Shown here: positions 1 through 8,959 of the stretch, in pieces
Layout: the number at the start of each line of letters is the position of its first letter
Position numbering within the stretch: the first letter of the stretch is position 1
Assembly: GCA_037138355.1 (NCBI GenBank)
Contig: JBAXIL010000019.1
Span: forward strand, 1-29,959
DNA from: a bacterium
GTDB lineage: Bacteria > Oederibacteriota > PGYV01 > Palsa-1178
Direction of reading: 5' to 3'
Length of the DNA stretch: 29,959 nt
Position numbers and translations under genes: made by a program
The notes under the pieces: generated by a model
Seen by the model: only the letters and a program-made list of their open reading frames with translations
Told to the model about the DNA's origin: nothing
The model's database searches: none

Positions 1-584
1 TCTATTGCATTTTGATAGTCAGCATTAGCCTCTTGATATTTGCCCTGTTTCTCAAAAAGTCCACCGCGAAAATAATATGGTTCAGGTTTATTAGGAAGTA
101 GCTCCGTTGCTTTGTTATAATCCTCCATACTCTTATTTAAATTGCCCCTTCCGCTATAATAACTTCCACGAATACAATACATATAACCATCTTTGCTATT
201 GAGTTTTATTGATTTATTTATATCTCTGTCTGCTTCATTGTATAAGCCCTTCAATACATACAACTGTCCACGCGCACCATAACCACTGGCTTTGACATTG
301 TCTTGTAAGTCAATATTTTTTTCTAAGGCATCATTATAATCTTTAAGAGCCTTGTCCAAAATAAATTTTTTCTGTTCCTGCGAAGCCCTGAGAATTAAAG
401 CCATTGCCTGATTTTGAGGAGATAAGCCCTCTGCTATGGCTTGTGTTGTCAAATCTATAGTCAAATCACCTTTTCTTTCTCGTGCTGCCGCTGCTGCTTT
501 TTCTAAATCAGCATCTCCTGCAAAAGCAAATAATATAATAGGAAATAAAATCAATCCTATTAAGAAACTTAATTTTTTATTCAT
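1..584 (-). CDS. Secreted tetratricopeptide-repeat (TPR) protein, partial (3' end runs off the window)
   Basis: Not in ORF track; translated manually. ATG at 584 with GAGAGG RBS at ~593-598. MNKKLSFLIGLILFPIILFAFA is a signal peptide, followed by TPR-like units (GYGARGQLYVLKGLYNEADRDINKSIKLN, YCIRGSYYSGRGNFNKSMEDYNKATELLP, YYFRGGLFEKQGKYQEANADYQNAI). Frame is open to base 1. Confidence 0.85.
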   Translation of the reverse strand, partial: MNKKLSFLIGLILFPIILFAFAGDADLEKAAAAARERKGDLTIDLTTQAIAEGLSPQNQAMALILRASQEQKKFILDKALKDYNDALEKNIDLQDNVKASGYGARGQLYVLKGLYNEADRDINKSIKLNSKDGYMYCIRGSYYSGRGNLNKSMEDYNKATELLPNKPEPYYFRGGLFEKQGKYQEANADYQNAI

Positions 585-632
585 TAGATGAACCTCTCAT
601 ATATATTTGAATTATAAAACTTTTATATTCTA

Positions 633-661
633 ATAATAACCTAAGAAAACATCTCTTGCAA
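633..661 (-). promoter_or_regulatory. Putative sigma70 promoter for the TPR gene
   Basis: Minus strand TTGCAA (661-656), 17 nt, TATTAT (638-633). AT-rich context lowers specificity. Confidence 0.4.
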
Positions 662-678
662 TAATAAAAAAAATATTT

Positions 679-1392
679 TTAATGTTTCTTAATTATTTTA
701 TCACGAGTTTTTTTAACTGTCTTTTTAATTGCCGCCAACAAATCTATATGATATTCCCTGTGTGCGTCTCTGATAATATAATAAATAACAAAACTGATTA
801 AAGCAGCAAAAAAGCACCACACAGAAGTCAAACACTGCATATAAAACACAGCCGAAACAATAAATGATACTGCTATAATAACACCTAAAATACTCATTCT
901 TTTAAAGGTTGAAACAAAAAGCGGTGCCAAAGTAACAATCAAGTAAAATATCACAGCCGATTTGCCAATGGGAATTATGAAATCAGTATGATATGCAATG
1001 TGATTTGCGACAATCTGCGCGTGTACACCATGAAAAATAAAAATATACAAATTATAAAACGCTATCACTGCACCGCCTGCCAACAAACCAAGAAGAATTT
1101 TTCTTCTTGTTTTATCTTTTTCAATCAGCAATACAGAATATGGCACAAGCATAGGCCAAACCACCTGCGCTAATATTAAAAAGACATGAGTAGCCACTGC
1201 CTGAACTAAAACAAAATCACTTCGCCCCATAGTCAACCACAAAATACCTTCTGAAAATTGTTGAAAAGCAAAAAATAAAGGAATAAGAGCAAATGCGAGT
1301 TGCGCTGGTTTGTGAACTTTTTTTAGTGTAGCTGTGCCGATAGTAGTAAGCAATACACCTGCAGTAAAACTTGCGCCTGCTGAGAAACACAT
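679..1392 (-). CDS. Multi-pass membrane protein (DUF6629-like)
   Basis: 237 aa, about 7 hydrophobic segments; MCFSAxAS N-terminus, QQFSEG and SVWCFFAA motifs; GAGGAG RBS. Confidence 0.7.
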   Translation of the reverse strand: MCFSAGASFTAGVLLTTIGTATLKKVHKPAQLAFALIPLFFAFQQFSEGILWLTMGRSDFVLVQAVATHVFLILAQVVWPMLVPYSVLLIEKDKTRRKILLGLLAGGAVIAFYNLYIFIFHGVHAQIVANHIAYHTDFIIPIGKSAVIFYLIVTLAPLFVSTFKRMSILGVIIAVSFIVSAVFYMQCLTSVWCFFAALISFVIYYIIRDAHREYHIDLLAAIKKTVKKTRDKIIKKH

Positions 1393-1446
1393 ATTTGTTC
1401 TCCTCTTGGGCTGGACTTCACTACAATTTATATGCGGTAGTTACTT

Positions 1447-3123
1447 CTACATTTTTGTTCTTGGTGTTATACCTATTATACCAAAACACACTTCAAAGGT
1501 GCGTTTTAAAGCATTTAAAATAAATAATCTTTTTGCCATTATTTGTTTGTCATCTTGCACCACTCTTAATTTACCGTAAAAGCTATGGAAATGTGATGCC
1601 AAAAAGTGAACATGCTGTACAAGCCAGTTTGGGGACTCGCGCTCTGCCGACTCTTTAATAAACTCAGGTATGCAAAGGATAGCTCGTATTAGCTCAAGCT
1701 CTTCTTTTTCAAGAGTTTCAAAAGCTATTTTGTCAGCATCATATTCAGAACTATCTTTCACTACCTCTTTTGCTTTTTCAAATATATTACACAAACGTGC
1801 ATACGCATATTGCAGATAATAGACTGGATTTTTATCTGACTGTTCCTTTGCCAGTTCCAAATCAAAATCAAGATGAGACGAGTATGAACGCATTATAAAA
1901 AAGTATCTTGCCGCATCGCGTCCTACACTTTCTAATAATTCATCCAAAGAAACAAAGTTACCCGCTCTCTTGGACATTTTCATTTTTTCTCCGCCTTCTA
2001 ATAAGTTCACCTGCTGGAGTATAATAACTCTGATACGCTCTTTTTCATAACCTAAGCCCTGCATTATAGATTCAAGTCTTTTCACATAACCGTGATGATC
2101 TGGCCCGAGTATATTTATTACCAAATCGGCTCCGCGTTTTACTTTATTTTGTATATACGCTATGTCGCTGGCAAAATATGTATATCCACCATCTGTTTTC
2201 TTAACTACTCTATCTTTATCATCCCCGAACTCTGTCGTCTTAAACCACACCGCATCTTCTTTCTCATAAAACAAACCACGCTTTTCTATTAACTTAAATG
2301 CCTCATCTACTTCACCTTTTTCATGCAGAGTTGTTTCCGAGAACCATTCATCAAACTTCACTCCAAATCTTTCCAGTGTTTGTTTTTGCCAATCAAGCAC
2401 ATGCTTAAGTCCAAAAGCCCGAAACTCAGGATATTGCAAACAGTCCTCAAGCTTTTCTACATTACCAATTGTTTTATAAAAGGCCTCGCCTTTTATTTCT
2501 TTCATTGCCTTCGCAATTTCAGTGACATATTCTCCTTGATAACCTTCTTCTGGGACTTGATTGGTTCTTCCGTATAGTTGTAAGTATCTTGCCATTAAGG
2601 AAAGGGCAAAAAGATGCATTTGCCTCCCAAAATCATTAACATAGGTCTCACGCACAGTTTTATATCCGCTGTAATCAAAAATATTAGCAAGTGTATCCCC
2701 ATACGCAGCTGCTCTACCGCTAACTATATTAAGTGGTCCTACTGGATTGGCACTCACAAACTCTATATTAACTGTCTTCCCTTTTCCAAAATTATTTTTG
2801 AATGCCGAATCTGATTTTAATAGTTTATCAAGTTCATTTTTATAAAATGAAAGATTTAATGAGATGTTTGTATAACCAGGTTTTATAATTTCCACTGCTG
2901 TTATATATTCCAACTTTCTCAATTCCTGTGCTATCTCCTCCCCAATTATAAATGGAGCTTTTTTCATTGGCTTGGCAAGAAACATAGCAATGTTTGAGCC
3001 AAAATGCCCAGGTTGATTTTCAGGTGGTGCCGCCAAATCAAAAGCTGAGCTATCAACTTTGACACCATATTTTTTTTTAACTATTTCTTTTATATCATTC
3101 TTTAATATTTCCACTATAGACAT
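1447..3123 (-). CDS. argS: Arginine--tRNA ligase
   Basis: 558 aa; EFVSANPxGPL, YVNDFGRQ, GPDHHGY, KMSKRAG, NPVYYLQYAYAR. HIGH position reads NIVS. Confidence 0.97.
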   Translation of the reverse strand: MSIVEILKNDIKEIVKKKYGVKVDSSAFDLAAPPENQPGHFGSNIAMFLAKPMKKAPFIIGEEIAQELRKLEYITAVEIIKPGYTNISLNLSFYKNELDKLLKSDSAFKNNFGKGKTVNIEFVSANPVGPLNIVSGRAAAYGDTLANIFDYSGYKTVRETYVNDFGRQMHLFALSLMARYLQLYGRTNQVPEEGYQGEYVTEIAKAMKEIKGEAFYKTIGNVEKLEDCLQYPEFRAFGLKHVLDWQKQTLERFGVKFDEWFSETTLHEKGEVDEAFKLIEKRGLFYEKEDAVWFKTTEFGDDKDRVVKKTDGGYTYFASDIAYIQNKVKRGADLVINILGPDHHGYVKRLESIMQGLGYEKERIRVIILQQVNLLEGGEKMKMSKRAGNFVSLDELLESVGRDAARYFFIMRSYSSHLDFDLELAKEQSDKNPVYYLQYAYARLCNIFEKAKEVVKDSSEYDADKIAFETLEKEELELIRAILCIPEFIKESAERESPNWLVQHVHFLASHFHSFYGKLRVVQDDKQIMAKRLFILNALKRTFEVCFGIIGITPRTKM

Positions 3124-3160
3124 TCGTTTTCTCCATTAGTTTATTTCGTTACAACGCGAC

Positions 3161-6100
3161 TTAACTGCGACGCCCTATATATATTGGTGGCGCAGTAATT
3201 ACATCTTCTGGCAACTCTATTTTTAATATAATACCCGTAATAGCGTCTAATAAGTAAATGCTTCCTGCTTTATCTTTTGTCATAATACTTGGTTCCTTTA
3301 AGTTTATTCCTTTTATACCTTTAAGGTCAAGCAATCTTATTCGGTTTTCATGTATAGGATATAACAGTAATCTTTGATAATGCGGCTGCATAATCATAAA
3401 ATAAGGGACCTTTTCATTATCATATATGAGAAGTTGCGGGCCATAGTCAACCGACACATCTCCAAGTCTGTAATACTCTATAAAATTAAAGCTATCATCT
3501 AAGTGCTGAACTCTTCCATTTTTGGCATCCACAACATATATTCCTCTTTCCATACCAGTTATAGCAAATGATGGCTGTGCCAACTGCCCCAAACCGTTTC
3601 CTGAAGTGGTGACCAAATTATTAACAAGCTTACCTGTATTTGTAAAAACTAATACCATATTTTGCGCAGGTACAGCCGTGGTAAGAATTATACCAGAATC
3701 TGAGATTCTCAAAGACCTTGCCCCTATCAAATAACTGCCTCTTATGATTTCGCTTTTAAACACACCTTCAGAATCAAATACTCTCACAGCCCCAGTGTCA
3801 GAATCCAGCGCATAAATATCACCTGAAACATTATCAAGACAAACATACATAAAACACTCTAACTTATTTTTAGGCGTATCAAATATTCCAAGGAATTTTT
3901 TTTGTTCTGGATAAAACTTTATAATTTTTTTAAATTGATAATTGTTTTCTGATATTCTTGTAAAAAGTTTAAGTAGTTTAGCGCCTCCATCTGCTATATA
4001 TAACTTTATACCATCTTCAGAAATAGCCATGTCTGAAGAAATCCCAAGTTTTTCGTTTAAGTTAAGCTTATTTATTTTATATTTTTCTATAGTAGTTGCC
4101 GAACTATTTTTAAAGAACATTCCAGTAGTAAAATTACTTTTTATATTTTTCTTCAACTTAACAGTATCTATTACTCCTATGCTACTTTCTGAAATTTTCT
4201 CAGTTCCATTAATAGTCATAGGTGGTAGGTCTGGCTCTTCAATGGATAAAAATGTCTTTCCAGTTAACCAAAGCTGTTTAAAACCTTTATAATAGTTTTC
4301 ATTTGTAAAATCAAATACATAAGCCACTGGCAATAATTCATAGTTATATATGACACTACCTTTTTCTACTATAGCCCTCAAATCAGGTTTAGCTTTGAAG
4401 TTCTCGACAGAAAATAAAAATACTTTTCCAGCCGCGCTATTATCTTTTAACATTTTTTCAAAAGCAGGAACTCCCATACAGGCAAAACCTTTTGGAAACT
4501 TATATAGTTCAGGCAAATGAGTGTCCCTGATAAACTGCCCTGTAACCATAAGGTATGTTTTATGAGGATTTGCTTTTTCCTGCATATATTTAACTATATA
4601 TGACTCTTGTGTATGAAAAAATGCTTTTGGAAAATAAAAATAAAAATACCAAACTCCATTAAGCATTATGAGCACAACTACGGAGAAAAAAACCACAATA
4701 TATTTTTTATAAGACATTTTAATAAAAATAGCAGAGGCAGCTAATAATCGCATTAAACCAACCCCTGCCAATATAGAAAACATAGGCGCCAAGAAGTTTA
4801 CTCTGGTATTTGGAGCGTATGTGTACTGCACTATACCTCCAATAAATAATACAAGCACAGCATAAGAAGACAATAGCCATCTTGCTCGCCAGTCCTTTTT
4901 CAAGGACAATACGCACCAAATCAAACCAGCTATTGCACCAGTGGCGGTCAGCCACTCTGCAGTACTTCCTGCTATGAAGTGAGACATGTTTGGTTTAAAT
5001 AAGAACGCAAAAAATGTAGTAATATAATTCATTATCATATACAGTGGCCGCTCAGATATATTGGAGACCTCGCTACCTGTAAAGACCGAATGAACAGTCA
5101 TGTGTTTTATAAAATCTGGATTTAATAAAACAAATACAATTGAAGCGGCGTATATAGACAGACCTGTAAAAAGATTTGAGATAGCGTATTTCCTGCGTAA
5201 AGGATGAAAAAGCCAATACAGAGCTGCTACAAGCACAGTCAGGCGAGCAGTATAAAATGAATAACATCCCAAAGCCAGCACTAAGCCAGTCACGAAGGAC
5301 CAAAACTTAGAATTCTTTCTGATTGCTAACTCAAGAACGAGAAGAGCTAAGACAAAAGGAAAAACCGCATGTACCACATCATGTGCTATATGCGAAAAAG
5401 CCATCATGGCCGCCGAGAAAGCAAAAGCCACAACAGTAATAATCGCAACTTTTCTTTTGAAAATCATTTTCATCCACATGTAAAGCGGTATGATAGTTAA
5501 AGCAGGAACAAGCGCTGCGTTAATCTTCCATCCCAATAATCCAGTTCCAAATATTTTCATAATTGCCGCAGGGTAGATAGAAGCAAGTATAGGATGGTCT
5601 CCAGCCACACCACTTTCATAAAAAAACTGCAGTGGTCGCAGGCCTTTGGCTATATCAACAGCAAAATCATAAAACATATACTCATCGCCTATAAAACTAT
5701 ATTTCCAAGAATTATAATCAAAAATATATACTATAAACATTATTCCAGAAAAAATTAATAGATTTCTTTGTTCGGCAGGTTGAAGTAATTTATGTGTTAT
5801 AATAGCAACTCCATTTTTCACATCTACCCTATAAAGATAAACCGCAAAAATTATTATCATGGTCAAATATAATAAACCCTGAACGACATATAACTTATCA
5901 CTCATAAATAGCTTAATTTGAAATAAATATGAAATAATGGCTATTAGAAGAAAGAACCATGAGCCCCATGGAGTTTTAGAAGTGTTGAGTACTTTTCCTT
6001 CACGCTTTTTAAAAATCGAAAAAATCAGCAACAAACATATTAAAATCACTACAAGATTTATCAAAAAATATGGAGTGTAGCCCATTTGAAGGTAAGATAT

Positions 6101-6373
6101 GTGTATCTGGTAAAATGGTGCTTTAATTATGTTTAAAAAGGCTTCTTCGGTTTTTTGTGCCTGACTGTCTCGCATAGTAGCAAAAACTGCAAAAAACATA
6201 ACAATCAATAGTGTTACCAAATATGTTGACCGTGAAAATACCTTTATTAAGGTCTTTTTAAGCAAAGAAGTACTGGGTTTTGGTGCGTTCTGCAGTAAAG
6301 CATTTTTTAAGATAACATCCTCTGCAGGAACCGCTTCTTTGACCTTTATTGTTGGTTTTTTTGCTTTTTTCAA
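3161..6373 (-). CDS. Large membrane GT-C fold glycosyltransferase (PMT/ArnT, GT39/GT83-like) fused to a C-terminal NHL/beta-propeller domain
   Basis: Many TM helices with FIGDEYMFY (DE motif), HP, YSFYTARL, R-x-xFLAP. C-terminal repeats LYIADGG, IYALDSDTGAVRVFD, GNGLGQLAQP, IYVVDAKNGRVQ. Start placed at TTG 6373 (AAAGAGGGAAGC RBS); ORF track extends to TTG 6403. Confidence 0.75.
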   Translation of the reverse strand: MKKAKKPTIKVKEAVPAEDVILKNALLQNAPKPSTSLLKKTLIKVFSRSTYLVTLLIVMFFAVFATMRDSQAQKTEEAFLNIIKAPFYQIHISYLQMGYTPYFLINLVVILICLLLIFSIFKKREGKVLNTSKTPWGSWFFLLIAIISYLFQIKLFMSDKLYVVQGLLYLTMIIIFAVYLYRVDVKNGVAIITHKLLQPAEQRNLLIFSGIMFIVYIFDYNSWKYSFIGDEYMFYDFAVDIAKGLRPLQFFYESGVAGDHPILASIYPAAIMKIFGTGLLGWKINAALVPALTIIPLYMWMKMIFKRKVAIITVVAFAFSAAMMAFSHIAHDVVHAVFPFVLALLVLELAIRKNSKFWSFVTGLVLALGCYSFYTARLTVLVAALYWLFHPLRRKYAISNLFTGLSIYAASIVFVLLNPDFIKHMTVHSVFTGSEVSNISERPLYMIMNYITTFFAFLFKPNMSHFIAGSTAEWLTATGAIAGLIWCVLSLKKDWRARWLLSSYAVLVLFIGGIVQYTYAPNTRVNFLAPMFSILAGVGLMRLLAASAIFIKMSYKKYIVVFFSVVVLIMLNGVWYFYFYFPKAFFHTQESYIVKYMQEKANPHKTYLMVTGQFIRDTHLPELYKFPKGFACMGVPAFEKMLKDNSAAGKVFLFSVENFKAKPDLRAIVEKGSVIYNYELLPVAYVFDFTNENYYKGFKQLWLTGKTFLSIEEPDLPPMTINGTEKISESSIGVIDTVKLKKNIKSNFTTGMFFKNSSATTIEKYKINKLNLNEKLGISSDMAISEDGIKLYIADGGAKLLKLFTRISENNYQFKKIIKFYPEQKKFLGIFDTPKNKLECFMYVCLDNVSGDIYALDSDTGAVRVFDSEGVFKSEIIRGSYLIGARSLRISDSGIILTTAVPAQNMVLVFTNTGKLVNNLVTTSGNGLGQLAQPSFAITGMERGIYVVDAKNGRVQHLDDSFNFIEYYRLGDVSVDYGPQLLIYDNEKVPYFMIMQPHYQRLLLYPIHENRIRLLDLKGIKGINLKEPSIMTKDKAGSIYLLDAITGIILKIELPEDVITAPPIYIGRRS

Positions 6374-6475
6374 GCTTCCCTCTTTAAGCAGTTGTAATAG
6401 CAAACCGCTATAGATTTTCCTTCAATAATAAATAATACCAATAAAGAGTTGTTCTGGCAATAGCGTTATTTACAG

Positions 6476-6504
6476 TTGACATACCTGTGCTTTTATATTA
6501 GAAT
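6476..6504 (+). promoter_or_regulatory. sigma70 promoter of rpsT
   Basis: TTGACA (6476-6481), 17 nt, TAGAAT (6499-6504), about 40 nt upstream of rpsT. Confidence 0.85.
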
Positions 6505-6545
6505 CATCTCGTTAATTTATAAACTTTGTGGAGGTAATACAGGAA

Positions 6546-6797
6546 ATGCCTAATTTAAAAGCATCAATTAAGGACTTAAGGAAGACAGCTAAAAGGACCG
6601 AAAGAAGAAAAGGCGTAGTATCTCAGGTCCGCAACATATTGAAAAAGACCAGAACGCTCACACCTGATGAAGCTAAAAAATTGCTTCCAGATGTTTACTC
6701 AACAGTAGATAAAGCAGTTCAGGCAGGAATAATCAAGAAAAACACAGGCGACAGATATAAATCAAGAGCCGCTAAAAAGACCTTAATCAAAAAGTAA
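6546..6797 (+). CDS. rpsT: 30S ribosomal protein S20
   Basis: MPNLKASIK...DKAVQAGIIKKNTGDRYKSR; basic 83 aa. ATG 6546 after GGAGG; convergent with holA as in many bacteria. Confidence 0.95.
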   Translation: MPNLKASIKDLRKTAKRTERRKGVVSQVRNILKKTRTLTPDEAKKLLPDVYSTVDKAVQAGIIKKNTGDRYKSRAAKKTLIKK

Positions 6798-6813
6798 TTT
6801 TAGTCAAAATATC

Positions 6814-6843
6814 AAAAAACCCGCGAGCAATCGCGGGTTTTTT
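6814..6843. terminator. Bidirectional intrinsic terminator between rpsT and holA
   Basis: AAAAAACCCGCGA-GCAA-TCGCGGGTTTTTT: perfect stem, GNRA loop, A/T tracts on both sides, between convergent genes. Confidence 0.92.
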
Positions 6844-6872
6844 CTTTTATTAGGGTTAAGAAAATGACAATC

Positions 6873-7856
6873 CTACTCTATCCTTAAAAATATCTTTTGA
6901 AGCATTATGGTAAGAATTGTTTTGGCCTTGTCTCTGCTTGATAGCTTTATGCTGCTATCTGCTTCTTTAATAATAGCCAAAATATCTGAGTAAGGTGCCT
7001 TTGCGAAATTTCTTGCCTGTACCTTTGCCTGTTCTATATCTTTTACATACATATATCTAAAAATCTTTTTAAACTCACCATTAGAAAGAAAATATCTTAT
7101 TATATAAAGACTCTTAATCTTATAAAAAATATAACCAAGCATTTGTACAGCCGCTGTTTCTGGGTAGATTTTTTAAAATACAAGCATGGCTTTCTTTTCG
7201 TTTTTAGTGGCGATTGCTTCAGTTAGCTCATCCACATTATATTCTCTGCTCACACCTCTGGTCTCCGAAAAATCAGCCATTTCTATCTCTGCTTTATCTC
7301 CTATTAAAAGCAGTATTTTGTCTATTTCGTTTTTAACTGAAGCCGCTTCGCCATTTGCTTCACTTATAATGTAGTCCAAAACATCGGGATTAATATTTTT
7401 TTTAAGGTCTTTAAGATAATCTATAATCCACAACTTAATATCCGCAGCTTTAGAAGCTGAAAGATTTATTATGTTTGCTGATGGAATTTCCATATCCAGA
7501 ACCTTTTTTGCTTCCTGTCCTGTCGTAAGTAGCATAACAGTAAACTCTGGTATATTAGGGAGAAAAGCAGTAAGGGTTTCAAGTTCATCTTTTTTTAACT
7601 TCGTAAAATCTTTAATAAGAATAAACTTCTTTTCGGAAAAAAAAGGCTGGGTTTTAGCAGATTCAATAATCGTAGCCACTTCATTTACTGAATCTTTATC
7701 CGTTAAGTCGTAAGTTTCCATAGAGGTACTATCAATCTTACCAATCAAAAAAACTTCTAATAATTCCTTAATGAATTCCTTGCGAAAAAAATCATCATCT
7801 CCAGCCAAAACATAAAACGGCAAAAGAGTAGATGTTTTTATGAAATTTGCCTGCAT
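6873..7856 (-). CDS. holA: DNA polymerase III delta subunit, interrupted by an in-frame TAA at 7175-7173
   Basis: ORFs 7173-7856 and 6873-7142 are in the same frame, joined by ...AMLVF*KIYPETAAVQMLGY..., total 327 codons. N-terminal FYVLAGDDDF, PFFSEKKFILIK, NEIDKI; C-terminal EADSSIK. Located in the leuS-lptE-holA-rpsT synteny. Confidence 0.85.
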
Positions 7857-7860
7857 TTGA

Positions 7861-8421
7861 TTAGTCCTTCATTTCAAAAAATGTAACTGCTGCGAGTTCC
7901 CCATTAATATAAAGATTTATATGATATAGCCCCTGCTCGTCAGGAAGCTTATCCTGTCCGTTTTCTTTAAACATTTGCGTTATGCCTATGTAATTGATAA
8001 AAGCATAAGGTACATATACCTTATCTTCTATAGTAACTTTATCTGCCGAAGAGGTCTTATCCCATGTAAAAGTTTTTTCTGCTACTACTTTTCCAGTTGG
8101 CGATATCCATTTGTTTTCAAACACATAACTATTTGAATCTTTTATTTCACCTTTTCCAGAATAATACTCAAAAGGGTTTACAAAGAGATACTCTCTATTT
8201 TTCACCGCAGTTAGTTCGCTACCACTTGGAAAAAGAAAATAAGCCCAATATTGTATCACTTTATGCTGTGCCCTAAAAAACCAGTTTGTCGTATCTGAAG
8301 GATAACCATTTACAAAAGCACTGCATGTGGTTATATGGCCAGCTATATATCCCTGATTTTCAGATGCTAAAGCAACTATAGGGGCTAAACACATTAGTGC
8401 CAATAATACTATTTTCTTCAT
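7861..8421 (-). CDS. Hypothetical secreted protein, beta-rich
   Basis: MKKIVLLALMCLAPIVALA signal peptide (ATG 8421; ORF track start 8430); KWISPTGK and GLYHINLYING suggest an Ig-like fold. Tightly packed between lptE and holA. Confidence 0.75.
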   Translation of the reverse strand: MKKIVLLALMCLAPIVALASENQGYIAGHITTCSAFVNGYPSDTTNWFFRAQHKVIQYWAYFLFPSGSELTAVKNREYLFVNPFEYYSGKGEIKDSNSYVFENKWISPTGKVVAEKTFTWDKTSSADKVTIEDKVYVPYAFINYIGITQMFKENGQDKLPDEQGLYHINLYINGELAAVTFFEMKD

Positions 8422-8423
8422 TT

Positions 8424-8936
8424 TTACCACCCGTTTAACACTCTTCTAAATACTCTCTCAGATAAACGATCTAACACTCTCATTCTTGCTGTCTCTTCTG
8501 TTTCAGCAGGCATTCCAAGACTGTTTACCACATAGTAAGTTGTTTCTTCCCAAAGATTTTCTTCCAACCATAACTGTCTCTGGTTTTTATTATCAAATAA
8601 ATATATAGAAATGTAAATTCTTAAACGGTACTGCTGCGGTACCTGATTTATATCCACAGTTATAGCATTTAACAAATACTTATCTATGCTGACCTTCAGT
8701 ATGCCATCCGCAGTTTGTTCTTCAGCAATTGATACTTTGCCATCAGCGATAAACTGGTCTATAGTTTTTTGCGTGACATATTGTTCTATATTGTAGGTCT
8801 GTGTTTTATTCAAAAACACAGGTACGGCAAGCTTCTGTATATATGATGGCAAGCTCACCTGTGGTGTATAACCAGCACAGCCAAAGCCTATTACGATTAC
8901 AAGAAACATTACTAATAATAACATTATTCTTTTCAT
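8424..8936 (-). CDS. lptE: LptE-family LPS assembly lipoprotein
   Basis: Lipobox IGFG-C followed by AGY, LPSYIQKLAVPVFLNKT and ADGIL; directly downstream of leuS. Confidence 0.75.
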   Translation of the reverse strand: MKRIMLLLVMFLVIVIGFGCAGYTPQVSLPSYIQKLAVPVFLNKTQTYNIEQYVTQKTIDQFIADGKVSIAEEQTADGILKVSIDKYLLNAITVDINQVPQQYRLRIYISIYLFDNKNQRQLWLEENLWEETTYYVVNSLGMPAETEETARMRVLDRLSERVFRRVLNGW

Positions 8937-8959
8937 AAAAACTCCTTTTTAGACTTTAT

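Noticed and set aside
7173..7175. Possible stop-codon reassignment
   Set aside because: TAA ends many neighbouring genes at their expected positions (leuS, aspS, rpsT, hppA), and no other gene has internal stops.
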